Positions 44,901 through 57,559 of a DNA stretch of 64,000 bases are shown piece by piece (the stretch's first letter is position 1; each line of letters starts with the position of its first letter). A model generated the notes under the pieces. That model saw only the letters and a list, made by a program, of their open reading frames with translations, had not been told where the DNA came from and made no database searches. The stretch is taken from the NCBI RefSeq assembly GCF_026210795.1, contig NC_089429.1, positions 3,472,001-3,536,000 of the forward strand, read 5' to 3'. Both the position numbers and the translations under genes were made by a program. The stretch comes from Rhizophagus irregularis. Its lineage: Eukaryota.

Positions 44901-45220
44901 ATTTATTTAAACTTTAAAAATAAGCGGTATCAAGAAAAATTCGCAAGAATTTTTCTTGAAATCGTGATTTCAGTTTACTAATCGGTCTTTAAACTTTAAA
45001 ATAAGCAGCATCAAGAAAAATTCGCGAGAATTTTTCTTAAAAAATCGTAATTTCAATTTATTTAAAATTTAAAAATAAGCAGTATCAAGAAAAATTCGCA
45101 AGAATTTTTCTTGAAATCGTGATTTTAATTTATTTATTAGTCAGTCTTTTAAACTTTAAAATAAGCAATATCAAGAAAAATTTGCGAGAATTTTTCTTGA
45201 AATCGTGATTTCAATTTATT
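41990..45220. mobile_element. Fold-back-like unit: palindrome arrays in inverted orientation (41990-42230 and 44590-45220) around a spliced orphan gene
   Basis: Left units read tcacgattt-caagaaaaattc...gaatttttcttgatactgcttatttttaaagtttaaa. Right units are the reverse complement. Confidence 0.65.
42709..44419 (+). pseudogene. Multi-exon orphan gene with 23-aa S/T-rich repeats and an E/K/Q-rich coiled-coil tail
   Basis: ATG at 42709 (MNQQEEISLIKKQNELILERLK). A 69-bp repeat x3.7 lies at 42875-43130, with one unit carrying TAG. A 140-aa ORF spans 43846-44268. Confidence 0.5.
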
Positions 45221-45944
45221 GGTTGGTATCTCTAATAGTCTTCGGATTCTTGTTTTTTCGTTATTAATTTCTTCTTTTTATACGTGGAACTCGACTATTT
45301 TCAGATTTTAACAACCGAACTATCAATCTAATCGCTCGCGACTTGACTGTTTGGCATTATAACGAACAAATTTTATTATTTTGAATAAAATTAAATCTAT
45401 ACCATAATAGATTAATAGATGTTGTAATGCAATTTCGAATATATTATTATATCTTACAAAAATTCATATCTACAATATCGGCATAAACCCAGATATATAT
45501 ATATCATGTGATTTAATCGCTTTCATTCATAGATTATGATTGGATAATTATCACATGGATGCTGATCATTTGTTTGTTTTTGCATGCACGCGAATGATAT
45601 AAATTGGGAAAAATACAAACTGTTTCTCTTTTACTCTTTATTCTTTATTTTGCTTTTTACTCGAAGTATTATCTCAAATATTGCACTTATTTATTTATTT
45701 CATTTTTTATAGAAGAAAATTTTAAACGATACCAAATAAAAGGTTGCCTAATAGATATAGAAAGAAATACATTTCACAAAAAGAAAATATTTAACGTTTA
45801 TGAAGTAATATTTTTTTAAACTTAAATATAATTAATTGTATTATTCTTTATTACTAATTTTTTATCTTGTCTTTTTGAACTTTTCTAAAATAGATTTATT
45901 TATAATTTAATAAAATAGGTACAGTTACTTTTATTTTCGGTCTT

Positions 45945-46570
45945 TATTGCTATTAATTGTATTGCTACTAATTGTATCTTTTTTTTTTATCATTACTAAT
46001 TGTATCTTTCTTTCATCGCTACTAATTGTATCTTTCTTTCATCGCTACTAATTGTATCTTTCTTTTATCGCTACTAATTTTTTATCATTACTAATTTTCT
46101 TCTTTTTATCACTATTAATTTTTCTTCTTTTTATCACTACTAATTATATCTTTCTTTCATTGCTACTAATTTTTCTTCTTTTTACCACTACTAATTGTAT
46201 CTTTCTTCTATTGTTACTAATTATATCTTTTTTTTATCACTACTAATTTTTCTTCTATCGCTACTAATTGTATCTTCTTTTTATCACTAATAATTTTTCT
46301 TTTTTTTATTACTACTAAATGTATCTTTCTTCTATTGTTACTAATTATATCTTTTTTTTATCACTACTAATTTTTCTTCTATCGCTATTAATTGTATCTT
46401 CTTTTTATCACTAATAATTTTTCTTCCTTTTATTACTACTAATTGTATCTTTCTTTCATCGTTACTAATTGTATCTTTTTTTTTATTACTGCTAATTTTT
46501 CTTCTTTTTATCACTACTAATTTTGTATCTCTTTTTATCACTTCTTCTTTTATAACTACTAATTCTTTCT
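45945..46570 (+). repeat. Degenerate ~20-25 bp minisatellite ctactaatt(gtatc)tttcttt
   Basis: More than 20 recurrences of actaat followed by a pyrimidine run. Confidence 0.85.
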
Positions 46571-46790
46571 TTTTTTTATTTTCTCTATATTTAATTATAA
46601 TAATTTTATTACTATAATAGAAGTATTCTTTTATTAGATTTTAATTACACAAATTATTAATTGCATATCAATTTAAATAATAAATTATCTGTTATATTTA
46701 TTTATACATTATATTATTAATAAATAAAAACATTCTATGTAAATACGTGTACTAATGGTATATTTTTAATATGTAAACATACGGATTGCT

Positions 46791-47390
46791 GGGATATCAT
46801 GCTGTTCGCAAATTAATCAAAGTAGGAAACGTACGGTTCACACTGAAATATCGTGCTGTTCGCAAATTAATCAAAGTAGGAAACGTACGGTTCACACTGG
46901 GATATCGTGCTGTTCGCAAATTAATCAAAGTGGGAAACGTACGGTGCACACCGGGATATCGTGCTGTTCGCAAATTAATCAAAGTGGGAAATGTACGGTG
47001 CACACTGGGATATCGTGCTGTTCGCAAATTAATCATAGTGGGAAACGTACGGTTCACACCGGGATATCGTGCTGTTCGCAAATTAATCAACAGTGGGAAA
47101 TATACGGTTCACACCGGGATATCGTGCTGTTCGCAAATTAATCAACAGTGGGAAACGTACGGTTCACACCAGGATATCGTGCTGTTCGCAAATTAATCAA
47201 CAGTGGGAAACGTACGGTTCACACCGGGATATCGTGCTGTTCACAAATTAATCAACAGTGGGAAACATACGGTTCACACCGGGATATCGTGCTATTCGCA
47301 AATTAATCAACAGTGGGAAACGTACGGTTCACACCGGGATATCATGCTGTTCGCAAATTAATCAACAGTGGGAAACGTACGGTTCACACC
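46791..47390 (+). repeat. Tandem repeat, 11 units (five of 54 bp, then six of 55 bp); probable transposon subterminal array
   Basis: gggatatcgtgctgttcgcaaattaatcaa(c)agtgggaaacgtacggttcacacc, with units starting at 46791, 46845, 46899, 46953, 47007, 47061, 47116, 47171, 47226, 47281 and 47336. Confidence 0.95.
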
Positions 47391-47589
47391 ACCATATCAT
47401 TCTTTATGTCAGTATAATTTTCACGTTAAACATATGTGCGTTAATACAATATGTATGATACGGTGTGCAAAATACTGAATATATACCGTATGTGTAATAC
47501 AATAATAATACATTATTCATACTGTAAAGATACTGATCGCAAAATACGGTTATACCGTATGATAACAGTATATATATTTTTTTATAGGG

Positions 47590-49489
47590 CGTATATTACT
47601 CCGGTGCTGTGGATTGTGCCGTCGAAGGGTTGAAACCAATCCAAATTCAAAATCAATCTGAGGTGCGAATCAGCAACATCAGATCGGAAAAAATTATTTG
47701 AACTTTCATCTGTCGTTTCTTTAAAAGTTTTTCAAACTTCACCATCGTATATATCAGTTAGGATATTATTGAAAGTTGGACGATTTATTCAATGCCTTAG
47801 AGAATTTTCAAAGTTAGGTTGACGATACATTGCTTCCAATTGCTGCTTAATACTCACAAACGGAAATAATAATTCAGGTTTGATTGAAATTTGATTATTT
47901 AACAATGTTGTTTTCTATGCCAAAGGTGTTTGGCACAACCTTAATCTTTGAGTTGTCAAATTAGGAAATTTGACATGGCAACACTTCATGATGGCAGGTT
48001 GCTCATTTTGGAGAAAACTTTTTATTTCCTGTTTGTTGTATAATTTGTGGCATTTGGAACACGCCACAAAACTATGAAACCGGTCTTCAAGATTAAGGGC
48101 TTTTCTTGCAGATATAAAGTGTCAGGAAATGTGTCAAAATCAGGACTACCGATTTCTGTTAGAACAAGCTTCAAGAATTTTATCAATGATTCTGTAGCTG
48201 TTTCTGGTAAGTTAAACCTGGTTCAGAAGCTCATGATCCATAATAATATCCATAAGAACCGATTATTTATTGATTGTTCAGTATCAGAATCTTGAAATGG
48301 TTCGAAAGGTGGACATGAATAATCTTCAAAAATTTTGTGGTATTCGTCATCATTAGATGGTTCATTATTGGATAATTCATTTCTATCATCGATATTTGCA
48401 TCTTCCTCCGTAGTATATTCAGAAGATTCAGAAGATTTATCATCTACTATATCTCCTAATTCAGCAATTATAACCGGTCGAACATATTTTCTTGATCGTT
48501 GTCTACTAGGCAATTCAGCTTCTGATTCTCTCATTCGTGGTTCATCTGATATTGAGGCACTTTCGTATGGTTCGTCACTAGGCAATTCAGCTTCCGATTC
48601 TCTCATTCGTAGTTCATCTGATATTGAGGCACTTTCGTATGGTTCATCACTAGGCAATTCAGCTTCATCAGTTAGATGTACTTCTGTTCTTTCTGAATCA
48701 TCATCCTCTGAATCTTGGTTAATTTCATGGATAGTTTTCGTACGAGGATCTACTAATCGTCCATTACATTCAGAACAATTACATGCAACTAACCTTCCAA
48801 TACGTCATCAGGAAATTTGTTTAGGCGTAATTTAGTGTAATATTTCGAAGGTGGTGTAAAATTTCGAAATATTACACTAAAAACGTAATATTACAAAAGT
48901 TTACGCTCTTAAATTTGAATAATTATAGTAATTTAAGAATATCTCGCTATCTACTGATCCAATCAAGACGATCTATAGCTCATTGGAATCAGCTCATCAA
49001 GACGAATCGAATGGTAGTAAAATCGTATCTTTACGTTCGATAGATGATTTTCTATTAATTTAAAACTTTACTGCATACTATAGAGCGTTCTATCAACTGT
49101 AGAAATGCGATTTTACTACCATTCGATCCGTCTTGATGAGCTGATTCCAATGAGCTATAGATCGTCTTGATTGGATCAGTAGATAGCGAGATATTCTTAA
49201 ATTACTATAATTATTCAAATTTAAGAGCGTAAACTTTTGTAATATTACGTTTTAGTGTAATATTTCGAAATTTTACACCACCTTCAAAATATTACACTAA
49301 ATTACGCCTAAACAAATTTCCTGATGGTGATGATGTAGGATAAGATTGATTTGAAGATTCTTCGTCAATTATATTTGACACTGATCTGGTTCTTTGTATA
49401 CGTGATGAAGGTATGGCATAAGGTTTAGAATCTGATTCTTCATTGAGTATACTTGATAATGATCTTTTTCTCGTCATTTTTGTGAACAT
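47590..49489 (-). pseudogene. CACTA Tnp2-like transposase, N-terminal half; MITE-interrupted, with stops, truncated
   Basis: After MITE removal it reads ...PTSSRIGRLVACNCSECNGRLVDPRTKTIH. Later motifs are FLWILLWIMSF*, ACSKCHKLY, DIYDGEV*KTF and LNLDWFQPFDGTIHSTGVIYA. Confidence 0.8.
48806..49326. mobile_element. 521-bp near-perfect palindromic MITE with CATCAGGAAATT termini and a 2-bp TSD (GT)
   Basis: Arms of ~220 bp are almost perfect reverse complements. GT lies at 48804-05 and 49327-28, and removal restores the host reading frame. Confidence 0.95.
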
Positions 49490-49859
49490 TTTTTGAAATA
49501 AAGTTAATTGTTAATAATATATCAATAATATCAATATAATTCGTTTAAAATACTTAAATTAGAATAAAATCATCAACTGCGTCGATGTAATACTAAATTT
49601 ATTAAAATCATCAATCTACACTTAAATTATAAATATAAATTATTTGATTAATAATATTGATAATAAAATAGACATCAGGAAATTTTATAGCGCGAAAAAT
49701 TGCGTAAGTTTACGATTTTGTAAGTTTATGAAAGTTTATGGCATAATATTTCGAAAAATTTCAAAATATTACGTAAGTTTACAATTTCGTAAGATTTATG
49801 TGATATTACGGTTAAAATATTACGTAAGTTTACAATATCGTAAGATTTACGCAATATTA

Positions 49860-50240
49860 CGGTCAAAATATTCTGCAAATTTACGAAACTGTAAACCTGC
49901 GTAATATTACGGTTGAAATATTTTGAAAATTTACGAAACTGTAAACCTGCGTAATATTACGGTTGAAATATTTCGAAAATTTACGAAACTGTAAACCTGC
50001 GTAATATTACGGTTGAAATATTTCGAAAATTTACGAGATTGTAAATCTGCGTAATATTACGGTTAAAATATTTCGAAAATTTACGAGACTGTAAACCTGC
50101 GTAATATTACGGTTGAAATATTTCGAAAATTTACGAGACTGTAAACCTGCGTAATATTACAGTTGAAATATTTCGAAAATTTACGAGACTGTAAACCTGC
50201 GTAATATTCCGTTTCGAAAATTTACGAGATTGTAAACTGC
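49860..50240 (+). repeat. Left subterminal tandem repeat, 50-bp unit x~7
   Basis: gtaaacctgcgtaatattacggttgaaatatttcgaaaatttacgagact at 49891, 49941 ... 50191. Contains palindromes cgtaatattacg and tttcgaaa. Confidence 0.93.
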
Positions 50241-50606
50241 GTATGCAGTAGAACGTATACAAGGGGCATGTGATACTATTGAATAATCAAAAATAATATA
50301 AACACCTTTTCTTTTATATAAACACCTTTTTTTTTAAGTTTGGGAAAGCAAATTTATTTTTATTTACGAATTTTTTATTATTTACAATTTTTATGTTAAA
50401 AATTAAAGTAAATTCTAATTTTTATTATAACTTAATAAAAAAATATACATTTGATACTTGTTCGCTACTATTTTATAAAATAGTACCCAGGCTGTACAGC
50501 GTGGACGTCAGTATCAGTCACAGCCCAAAAAAACGTGAGTCTCCAGCCGATATTTGGTACGGACTGGGCCTAGCTACTCACTTAATAAATAAAAAAATAA
50601 AAATAA

Positions 50607-51247
50607 TTATCTTCTACGATACGTAGGTAAGTTTCTCCTTCTCCTACGATCATCACGCGTATCTAAAATTGATCAAATTTATCAAATTTAAAATGTGAAC
50701 GTAAAATAGAATGTAATATTAATTATAAAATTTTATTATAGTATAATTACCCGGCCTCTCCCAAAATCTCGTTCTAAATTCGCGATAATATCTTTGGCCG
50801 GTACGCGTCCACAGCCGCCGCCCAGGCCGATCAGGGGTACCATTACGATAAAGGACATAGTTCTAAATATCAAAATCAGTTTGAATATTTGGTAAATACA
50901 TTTAATTTAAATGAATGTAATTTTATTTATTTACTTACATGGTAATCCCTGACGAGGTTCCTCCACTTTTGGCTGCACTGTTGCCCGGAAACCCTCGTTC
51001 GAAATATTCTATTTATTCTGATTCAATTAAATGGATTGGTTAATTTGAATTTAAATTCTTTCTTAAAGAAAATTATAGATATTAGTCATATGAACCTATT
51101 GGCAACAGAGTCCCAAAAATCATGGCGGCTTCTACCATTAATATTATGGTAGGCGCGGTTTCTGTCGCGGCGTATGTCGACAAGTTCGTCCATCATAGCC
51201 CAGTTCCAATGGACGTTATAGGAACGACGACGTGTTTGGCGAGGCAT
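50607..51247 (-). CDS. Small Myb/SANT-like (trihelix/MADF-type) DNA-binding protein, four exons, apparently intact
   Basis: Spliced product: MPRQTRRRSYNVHWNWAMMDELVDIRR...GRSRHDFWDSVANR|INRIFRTRVSGQQCSQKWRNLVRDYH|NYVLYRN...FWERP|DTRDDRRRRRNLPTYRRR*. It shows the W...FW..VA...QC..KW.NL...Y pattern. Confidence 0.75.
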
Positions 51248-52056
51248 TATTAGATTTGATTTTATTTTTATAATTTGATTTTGGGATGAGTAAAAATTTG
51301 AAAGAAAGTCGTAAAATGTCACTTTAAATAAAATTTGAACAATACCTCTTTGGTTTGATTTTATTTCTCGTTTCAATTAAAATTTAATTTATTAGACTTT
51401 TCATCATTAAACATATTAATTAAATCTCATGCGGATATGGATTATCTAAATATAAATATCATGATTCTAAATATAGATATAAATCACTTAATTTATTTTA
51501 ATTTTTTTTAAAAAAAAATCTTAGTTTGATTTCAATTAAAAATAATTAAAAATCATGTACATGTTTTGGTTATTTAAATATAAATATCAATATATTATAT
51601 TTAAAAATAAAACAATTTATTATTAGCACATTCTATTGAATTTTTAAAAAAAATCATCAATATATCATATTTAAAAATAAAACAATTATATTCTGATTAA
51701 ATATTTTGCGTACATTTCTTAAAAAAAATCATAAAAAAAATCTTGTACGTCGTACATGCAATTACTAAATATCATCCCCTTGTGATAAATAAAAAATTAC
51801 GCAACACAAATTCAACACAAACTCAACACAAATTTAACAAATTTAACGAAATTTGGCCAAAATTAACAAATTTTTTACCAGAATTATCAACACAAATTGA
51901 ACACAAATTTCAGTCACGATTTATTTATGTCACGCCCGTGTTGTTAATAATTAAATAAATAAATCTGCATTTTATTTATGATATGGAAAACGTGACCATA
52001 AATTCTTTTAAGGATATAATTTTATTAAAATAAATCAAAACTCCTATATCAAGTGA

Positions 52057-55040
52057 CTAAAAAATATATTTATTTACGAAATATTCATTTTGTTTATCAA
52101 ATCGGGGTACTATGTGAACGACACCATGTATAGACTCTATAGCTACAAAGTTATATAATTCTATCAATTTTAAGTGAGGACATCCATATAAATATGGGTT
52201 CCTTTTAGATTTAAAATCGTACCATTGAATTAATGCGAGATTTAGCGGTGGGTCTGTTAATACTTCTGCTAACAATAAGGCCTATAAATAATAAATATTT
52301 ATTAATACTTTTATAATAAATTATTACATAAATTGGAAAAATACCTGTCCATAACAAAGTCCTTTGTCTGATATATAATCATTTGATTCTTCAGAATCCA
52401 TTGAAATAGCTATGTCGCTAAACCATACTTTATTATGATACCTGTTTGTGGCACGCATTATGGCACCATTTTCCAGTGTTACCGATCCGTATATGTTTAT
52501 TCGGGTTTCACCAATAATTGTGAACCCATCAAGTAAATCTAGATATGAATCCAGACAACTTATAAATCTAGCAAAACCAGTCTGCATTTTATTGTCTACG
52601 GAATCTTTTTTTTCATTAAAAAATGTATTTGCATCTTGTAAAGAGAATTCAAAGAGTCTTGCAGAAAATTTACAAGTGCGAGGTGTTTTTGCCGGATTCA
52701 CTGAATGTTGAGACATTCTAATAGATATTGCTTGACGTTTTATCTATTAATTTAATTTCCATCTTAAGTTATATAATAAATATATACAATAAATAAAATT
52801 TTCAAATACTTACAGTTCGTAAAATCTGAGGTTCGACATCTTTTTTATTGCTAATTCGGTAGGGTATTTTAACGAAATATTTGTGAAGACTTTCGTAAGT
52901 TTCTGTAGTATAGCCATTTATTGCGCCATAAGATCGTATTGAGTCAATAATATGATAAACCCATGAATGCAATTTAGGTAACTTCAAATTGGAAGGAGAA
53001 ACAAATTTAAAAGCCTTGACAAACATCCGGGCCCATCTATGTATTGCATTCTAAAACTTAAATGTTAATTTAATTTATTTAATTTAAATTTTCAATTTTA
53101 CTAAAATTTTAATACATACATTAAATTTCTCCAAGTCACTTTCACTAAATTCTTCATATCTACTTAAAATATACATTTCATTCCAATATTCGTACAATTT
53201 CGTAAGATCATCATTATTTACAAAATTATCTACTTCATTGTTATTTTCATCATATAAATTATCAATAACAAATATCATGACTTTCATCAAACTTCAATAT
53301 TCATTAGCAGTTAATCTTGCAATTGACTGCAGTCCATTGGAAAAAATTTTAATGGCGGGAAAACGTGGGATTGCTGCTAGACGGCGATCTACTTCTTCAA
53401 CTAATTTATTACCATTAACATGTTGCAATTTTAAGATATCGCACGTGAAGATAATTTGATAACGAAATAAACCTAAATCTAAATGATGCATTCTGTCAGG
53501 GAACAGTAGCCAAGTAGATATTTATATTCCTTGATAATATAAATATTTATAATTAATAGATATATATGTTATTATAATTATTTCTACTTTTGCATACTTA
53601 CGGTAAATCCCAAAAAAAATTATGTACAGATTCTATGCAAACAGATCTTTGTGTATCATTTTCAAAATGTTTACGCATTTCATCATGAGTTCTTAGTATT
53701 ACATCGTTAACCGATAAGTCTATATTTGCAAGATTTTCCCTTTTAACTAAACAGGAGTGACATGGAAGGTTTGAATTGGAGGATTTATAAACTAAACAAA
53801 AACTTGCGGCCTCCGGCCAATCTGCAATAATAGTTGAAACTCTAGGATAAAACCAGGTATTTTCATTATTTATAAAAAGGTCTATACCATCTTTTAATAA
53901 AATAATAGGTTCTAGTAAATGACGTAAAGATTTATGAAAGGTATCACGAACCAGATCTTTATTTGCAGCTTCTAAAATTGGTAAATATCCCAAAAGTTGC
54001 TTTGCATCCTGTTTATTACGACGCCATATTGGGATATTACCTAATGTAATATATATTGGATGCAATTGACTTTTTCCTAATGTATCTGTAGTTGTTGCAT
54101 CTGAATATAAAATAATTGATAATAATTTGGAACCAGTAGGTAAGGATTCTTGCGTAGTTTTCCACCATTTTCCAGTGTTTTGTTCACTGTAAATACTTTC
54201 TCTATTATACTATAAAATAATATAAATAAATTAAAATAAATATTATTTAAATTATTGAATTAACTAATATTTACTATTTACCTCATAGTTTTCGTAAGAT
54301 AGCGCAAAATTTTGTGTTATGTCAGGAACAGTTAAGATATTTTTGATGCACTGTATTAAGTTTTGATAATAAAGAAAATAATCTTTATCTTTATGTTTTG
54401 TTATAAGAACTTTACTAAATTCTAAATTAGAAAACTTCATATTATTCATAAATGCTCGTCCTTGTTCGATATTTTTTGGTAATGGTGATTCTGTAAGATT
54501 TGAATGTTTATTAAAAAAACGTATTATTTCATTACCACCTTTATTGTTTATTTTATATTTCGTTACTAATAACATTAGATCTTTATAAGCATCATTAGGA
54601 AATTCTGTGCAAGTTTTGGTATTGAGATTTTTGGGTTCTTCAAAAATTTCAGGCTCTTCAGATAAATCTAATATATTTTCAAAGTTACTATCTTCAAGGC
54701 TCATCTCTGATATTGCACTTCCAATACTGTCAAATGACATATTTTGTACATTATTATCATCATTCACCTAAAATTATAAACCAAAATGAGTTAGTATAAT
54801 TTGAGCTTTTTCTTTAAAAAGAATAATCTGGAATAACATAATTACCTCAACTTTATCATTTTCATATTCACTACTTAGATTACTTCTTGTATCCATTTCA
54901 CTGCTATATTTTTCACTATCATTATTATCATCATCATCTTCTACTTCTACTTCTACATTTTTTAAGCATTTTTGGGCGTGTTGAGTATATGCAAAGCGTT
55001 GACTGAATATTCGCATACAAAGGGGGCATTTGAAACTCAT
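52057..55040 (-). pseudogene. Plavaka-family transposase with an N-terminal C2H2 zinc finger, spliced, disrupted
   Basis: CPLCMRIF..YTQH, IIIYSDATTTDTLGK, HPIYITLGNIP, IIADWPEA, DRMHHLDLGLF, LPKLH and TTETYESLHK. A +1 frameshift lies near 53500 and an in-frame TGA at 53294. Confidence 0.9.
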
Positions 55041-55288
55041 GTTACTAAATTAACGCGTCAAATTTGATGAAAAGTATCAATTCACTATTTAATTTATATG
55101 AGATTATGTGTGCTAATAAAATTATATTGCAAATTCATTGTAAAAATTTAATGAATTAATTGAATGGATTACAATTGATTGAGTTATTTGAATAGACACG
55201 ACTACGCAAATTTACGCATTAATGAATGGAACTGGCTGTAAGAATCTGGTGGCTAATATCGCGGAATCATTCGCAATTTTACGCATTA

Positions 55289-55504
55289 TAGCAAAATTTA
55301 AAATATGCGAAACACTCAGCAATTTTGCTGTCGGGAACTTGCCGAGTTCGTGGGTTGGCAAATCTAAAAATAAATGTAACAAGTCTCATGATGTACCATA
55401 TAAATATTGTTTATTATTTTATTTACTATTTCAATTTGCCGGCAACCTGCCAAGTGAATCTGACAGCAAAAGTGCTGAGTGTTTCGCATATTTTGAATTT
55501 GCTG
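55289..55504. mobile_element. ~216-bp MITE-like inverted repeat with TA flanks, between the divergent genes
   Basis: agcaaaatttaaaatatgcgaaacactcagcaattttgctgtc versus gacagcaaaagtgctgagtgtttcgcatattttgaatttgctg, with TA at 55287-88 and 55505-06. Confidence 0.7.
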
Positions 55505-56141
55505 TAACGGGCTGTAAGAATTCGGATGGCTTATTCAATCGGCTAATCATCTGATAATCAGCCGCAAATTTATTGGCTTAACACGGCAAATCACTTTTAC
55601 AATAATGGACGGATGATCAGCCACAAATTTATGCGATAATCAGGTTATAAGCGCTCAAGATCACTATCAATCTGATCAGCCAAATGAGTTCACTGGCTGC
55701 AACTTTTTTTTTCTATGCATAAAAGCCCCAACATGTGTAACATGTTATTTTTTTATAAATTGGATTTGATTAATATTTCGATTGTACTATGTGCTTTTAC
55801 GAGAGTTTTTTTTAAAGTTCTCTTATGAAAGTGTTACAATATTTTTTCGTAATATCACGATGCAAAATTTTTGCATTAGTACATTCATTTTTCGTAATAT
55901 TTCGCATTAGTTCATCCATTTTTCGCAATATTTCGCAAGTTTTTTTTCTTTTTTAGTATAGAATGGCGGAAATTACCTTACGACAGCTTGCCTCCTTTTT
56001 CTGAATTTCTGATTCATGTATTTCCCCCTTTTTCCTCATCCTTTTCGAATTTTCTAGTTCACCTTTTTCTCATATATTTCCTCTTTTTTCTCATATATTT
56101 CCTCCTTTTTCTCATATTTTCGTTTCAAATTTATTATCATA

Positions 56142-57559
56142 ATGGCTACAAAGCGTGGCGAGAAATGAAGAATTGACGATAATGAAAGATTTTCAAAACG
56201 TAGTACTGAGGGTAGCGAAGCTGAGAAGCGAGTGTGAATATCCGATGATAGTGTTGATGGTATATATGACATAATATGTATCATATTCTTTATAAAAGAA
56301 ATTATATAATATATAGTTAAATTATATTTTATTGTTAAAGTTAATAAAAAAACAATAGAAAAACTATTAAGAACCAATTCGCAGATAATTTCTAAGCTTG
56401 AAGTTCTTATCACCGGACAAAAAAATCTCGAAACCCGTCTTCGAAACATAGAAAAAAAGCTCAACGATAATAACAAAAATAATAATAATACAATAGATCC
56501 GGAGTATGTAAAGGTAATAAAGATGAATATTATTTAATGTAAACCTGAAATGCTAACCTCGTTTGATTAGAAGCTCGTTAAGAAGGTGTCGAAAATTTTA
56601 TTTGAAAATTTTGTTTATCCTTCGCAAGACGAGTACAAACTCGCTACCGAAAAATATTTAAAAGACGAAAATCCGGAATTTATGCGCCAGTTCAAAAAAA
56701 ATCAATGGATTATTTTTTTCGAAAAAAAAATTGCCCCGACTGTAAGTTAAAGCAATTATGAATTTTATTAAATTTCATACTAACATTTTTTTTTAATAGT
56801 TAGTACAACAACATAGAAGCATACGAGGGACGTTCACGTCTAGAGTTAAAGACGTTATGTATTCTGTTTTCGAAGCGACTGGGCATAAATTACCGTCTAT
56901 TAACACTCAGGCTAGTCCGTCAAAGATTCAGGAATGGAAGAGTAAGGCGGAGGTGAAAAGATGTTACAACAACCTATTTAAAAAGGTTAAAGATGGGCAA
57001 CCTACGACATATATGTCGCTGATAATCGATAAGTTGCGAAAAGAAAATAAAAATCCCTCAAAAACACAAATAGCGTATGCGATTAGCATATGTGAAACGT
57101 ACTTAAATCCTAATAATCAAAACATTCAAATGAGCGAAAGTATAATGAAGTCGAAGATAATCAACAACTTAGTAAGTTTTTAATTTACAATTTGCAAAAT
57201 GTGAATTATTTGAATTACAGTTTATTTATTTATTTATTGATTTTTAGCAAAAGTTGGAAAATAGGGATAAATTTACACATTCGGACGATGATTCTCATGA
57301 TGGTAATGATGTAGACGATGGTGGTGATAGAGCAGCTGATGATAGAGCAGGTGCGGCTGATGATGATGTGACTAACGATGGTAGGCCTAACGATGGTGCG
57401 GCTAACGATGATGCGGCCAACGATGGTACGGCCAACGATGGTGCGGCCAATGATGGCATAGCTGACGATGATATACTTTCTATTGACTCTTATAACACGG
57501 AGGAGGAAGGTCGGTATGTAAATAGTTTATTAGAGAATTATGGGTTGCATAAAAAATAA
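56142..57559 (+). pseudogene. Accessory gene divergent from the Plavaka transposase (coiled coil, helical domain, acidic NDGAA-repeat tail), spliced
   Basis: ATG at 56142, with two in-frame TGA codons in exon 1. GT-AG introns link it to ORFs 56857-57183 and 57254-57559. Confidence 0.65.

Noticed and set aside
46786..47196. ORFs with 18-aa repeats on both strands
   Set aside because: By-product of the 54-bp period. The frame breaks when units become 55 bp.
46791..47390. CRISPR-like regular array
   Set aside because: Units are contiguous with no unique spacers, there are no cas genes, and the context is eukaryotic.
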